A stretch of 64,000 bases of DNA from assembly GCA_963809895.1 (NCBI GenBank), contig CAWELD010000003.1, positions 2,560,001 to 2,624,000 on the forward strand, read 5' to 3'. Below the pieces are notes generated by a model. That model did no database searches and was not told the origin of the DNA. It saw only the letters and a program-made list of their open reading frames with translations. The translations under genes and the position numbers were made by a program. Positions 63,213-64,000 of this stretch are shown piece by piece (the first letter of the stretch is position 1; every line of letters begins with the position of its first letter). The stretch is from an uncultured Gemmatimonadales bacterium (GTDB lineage Bacteria > Gemmatimonadota > Gemmatimonadetes > Longimicrobiales > Gaopeijiaceae).

Positions 63213-64000
63213 TCAGAAGAGCCCGACCACCTGCCCGTCCACCACGCCCATGTTCGCCGCGGCCGGCTTGGCGGCCAGCCCGGGCATGGTCATGACGTCG
63301 CCGGTCTTCACGACCACGAAGCCGGCGCCCGCCGACGGCGTGACGTCGCGCACCGTGATGCGGAAGCCGGTGGGCCGGCCCAGGAGCGCGGGATTGTCCG
63401 AGAAGGAGTACTGGGTCTTGGCGATGCACACCGGCACGTCCCGGAGCCCGATCTGCTCCAGGCGGGCGATCTGCTTCTCCGCCGCCGGCAGGTAGTCGAC
63501 CCCGTCGGCGCCGTAGATCTCCCGGGCCACGGTGTCGATTTTGTCGACCAACGGGGCATCGACGCCGTAGAGCGGGCGGTAGTCGGCCTCGCCGGAGTCC
63601 AGGATGTCCTGCACGGCATCGGCCAGCTCCAGGCAGCCCTCGCCGCCACCACCCCAGGGATCGGCCTCCACGGCCGCCGCGCCCATCTCGCGGCAGCCGT
63701 CCAGCACCGCCTGCACCTCGGCTTCCGAATCGCTGGCGAAGCGGTTCAGCGCCACCACCGGTGGCACCCCGAACTTGCGCACGTTCTCGATGTGCGCCTT
63801 CAGGTTCGCGAAGCCCCGCTTGACGGCGTCCACGTTCTCGGGGCCCAGGGCGTCCTTGGCGACGCCGCCGTTCATCTTGAGCGCCCGCACCGTGGCCACG
63901 ATCACCGCCGCACCGGGCTCCAGATCGCCAAAGCGGCACTTGATGTCGAAGAACTTCTCGGCGCCCAGGTCGGCGCCGAAGCCCGCCTCGGTGACCACCA
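63213..64000 (-). CDS. fhs: Formate--tetrahydrofolate ligase (3' part, truncated by window edge)
   Basis: TEAGFGADLGAEKFFDIKCR, CIAKTQYSFSD, MTMPGL. Confidence 0.96.
   Translation of the reverse strand, partial: VVTEAGFGADLGAEKFFDIKCRFGDLEPGAAVIVATVRALKMNGGVAKDALGPENVDAVKRGFANLKAHIENVRKFGVPPVVALNRFASDSEAEVQAVLDGCREMGAAAVEADPWGGGGEGCLELADAVQDILDSGEADYRPLYGVDAPLVDKIDTVAREIYGADGVDYLPAAEKQIARLEQIGLRDVPVCIAKTQYSFSDNPALLGRPTGFRITVRDVTPSAGAGFVVVKTGDVMTMPGLAAKPAAANMGVVDGQVVGLF

Overview
This is a very GC-rich bacterial chromosomal window, most consistent with a Gemmatimonadota- or Acidobacteriota-like genome. That taxonomy is inferred from the PadR + orphan duplicated permease modules, the TonB receptor and the many lipoproteins. 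About 51 densely packed CDSs were found; no rRNA, tRNA, CRISPR array, prophage or IS element was recognised. Housekeeping genes include argG, ctaB/cyoE, serA, typA, apaG, udk, a PPi-type pfk and a partial fhs. The best novel-system candidate is a PTS-independent N-acetylhexosamine salvage locus at about 40.1-47.9 kb: GH20, a nucleotidyltransferase, an SSS symporter, a GHMP kinase with eukaryotic GALK2 (GalNAc kinase)-like motifs, and a Tat-exported GH109. There are three PadR/ADOP-permease modules, each with its own tandem palindromic operator candidate; three of the four permeases have an in-frame internal Met with an SD-like site. Other notable items are a ChpT-like pseudokinase beside a receiver protein, a Cys-rich PAS-Fis regulator lacking the AAA+ domain, an exported cyanophycinase-DsrE fusion and an exported HhH-repeat protein. 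Twelve frameshifts in eight genes, all between about 20.5 and 51 kb, are probably long-read consensus errors.
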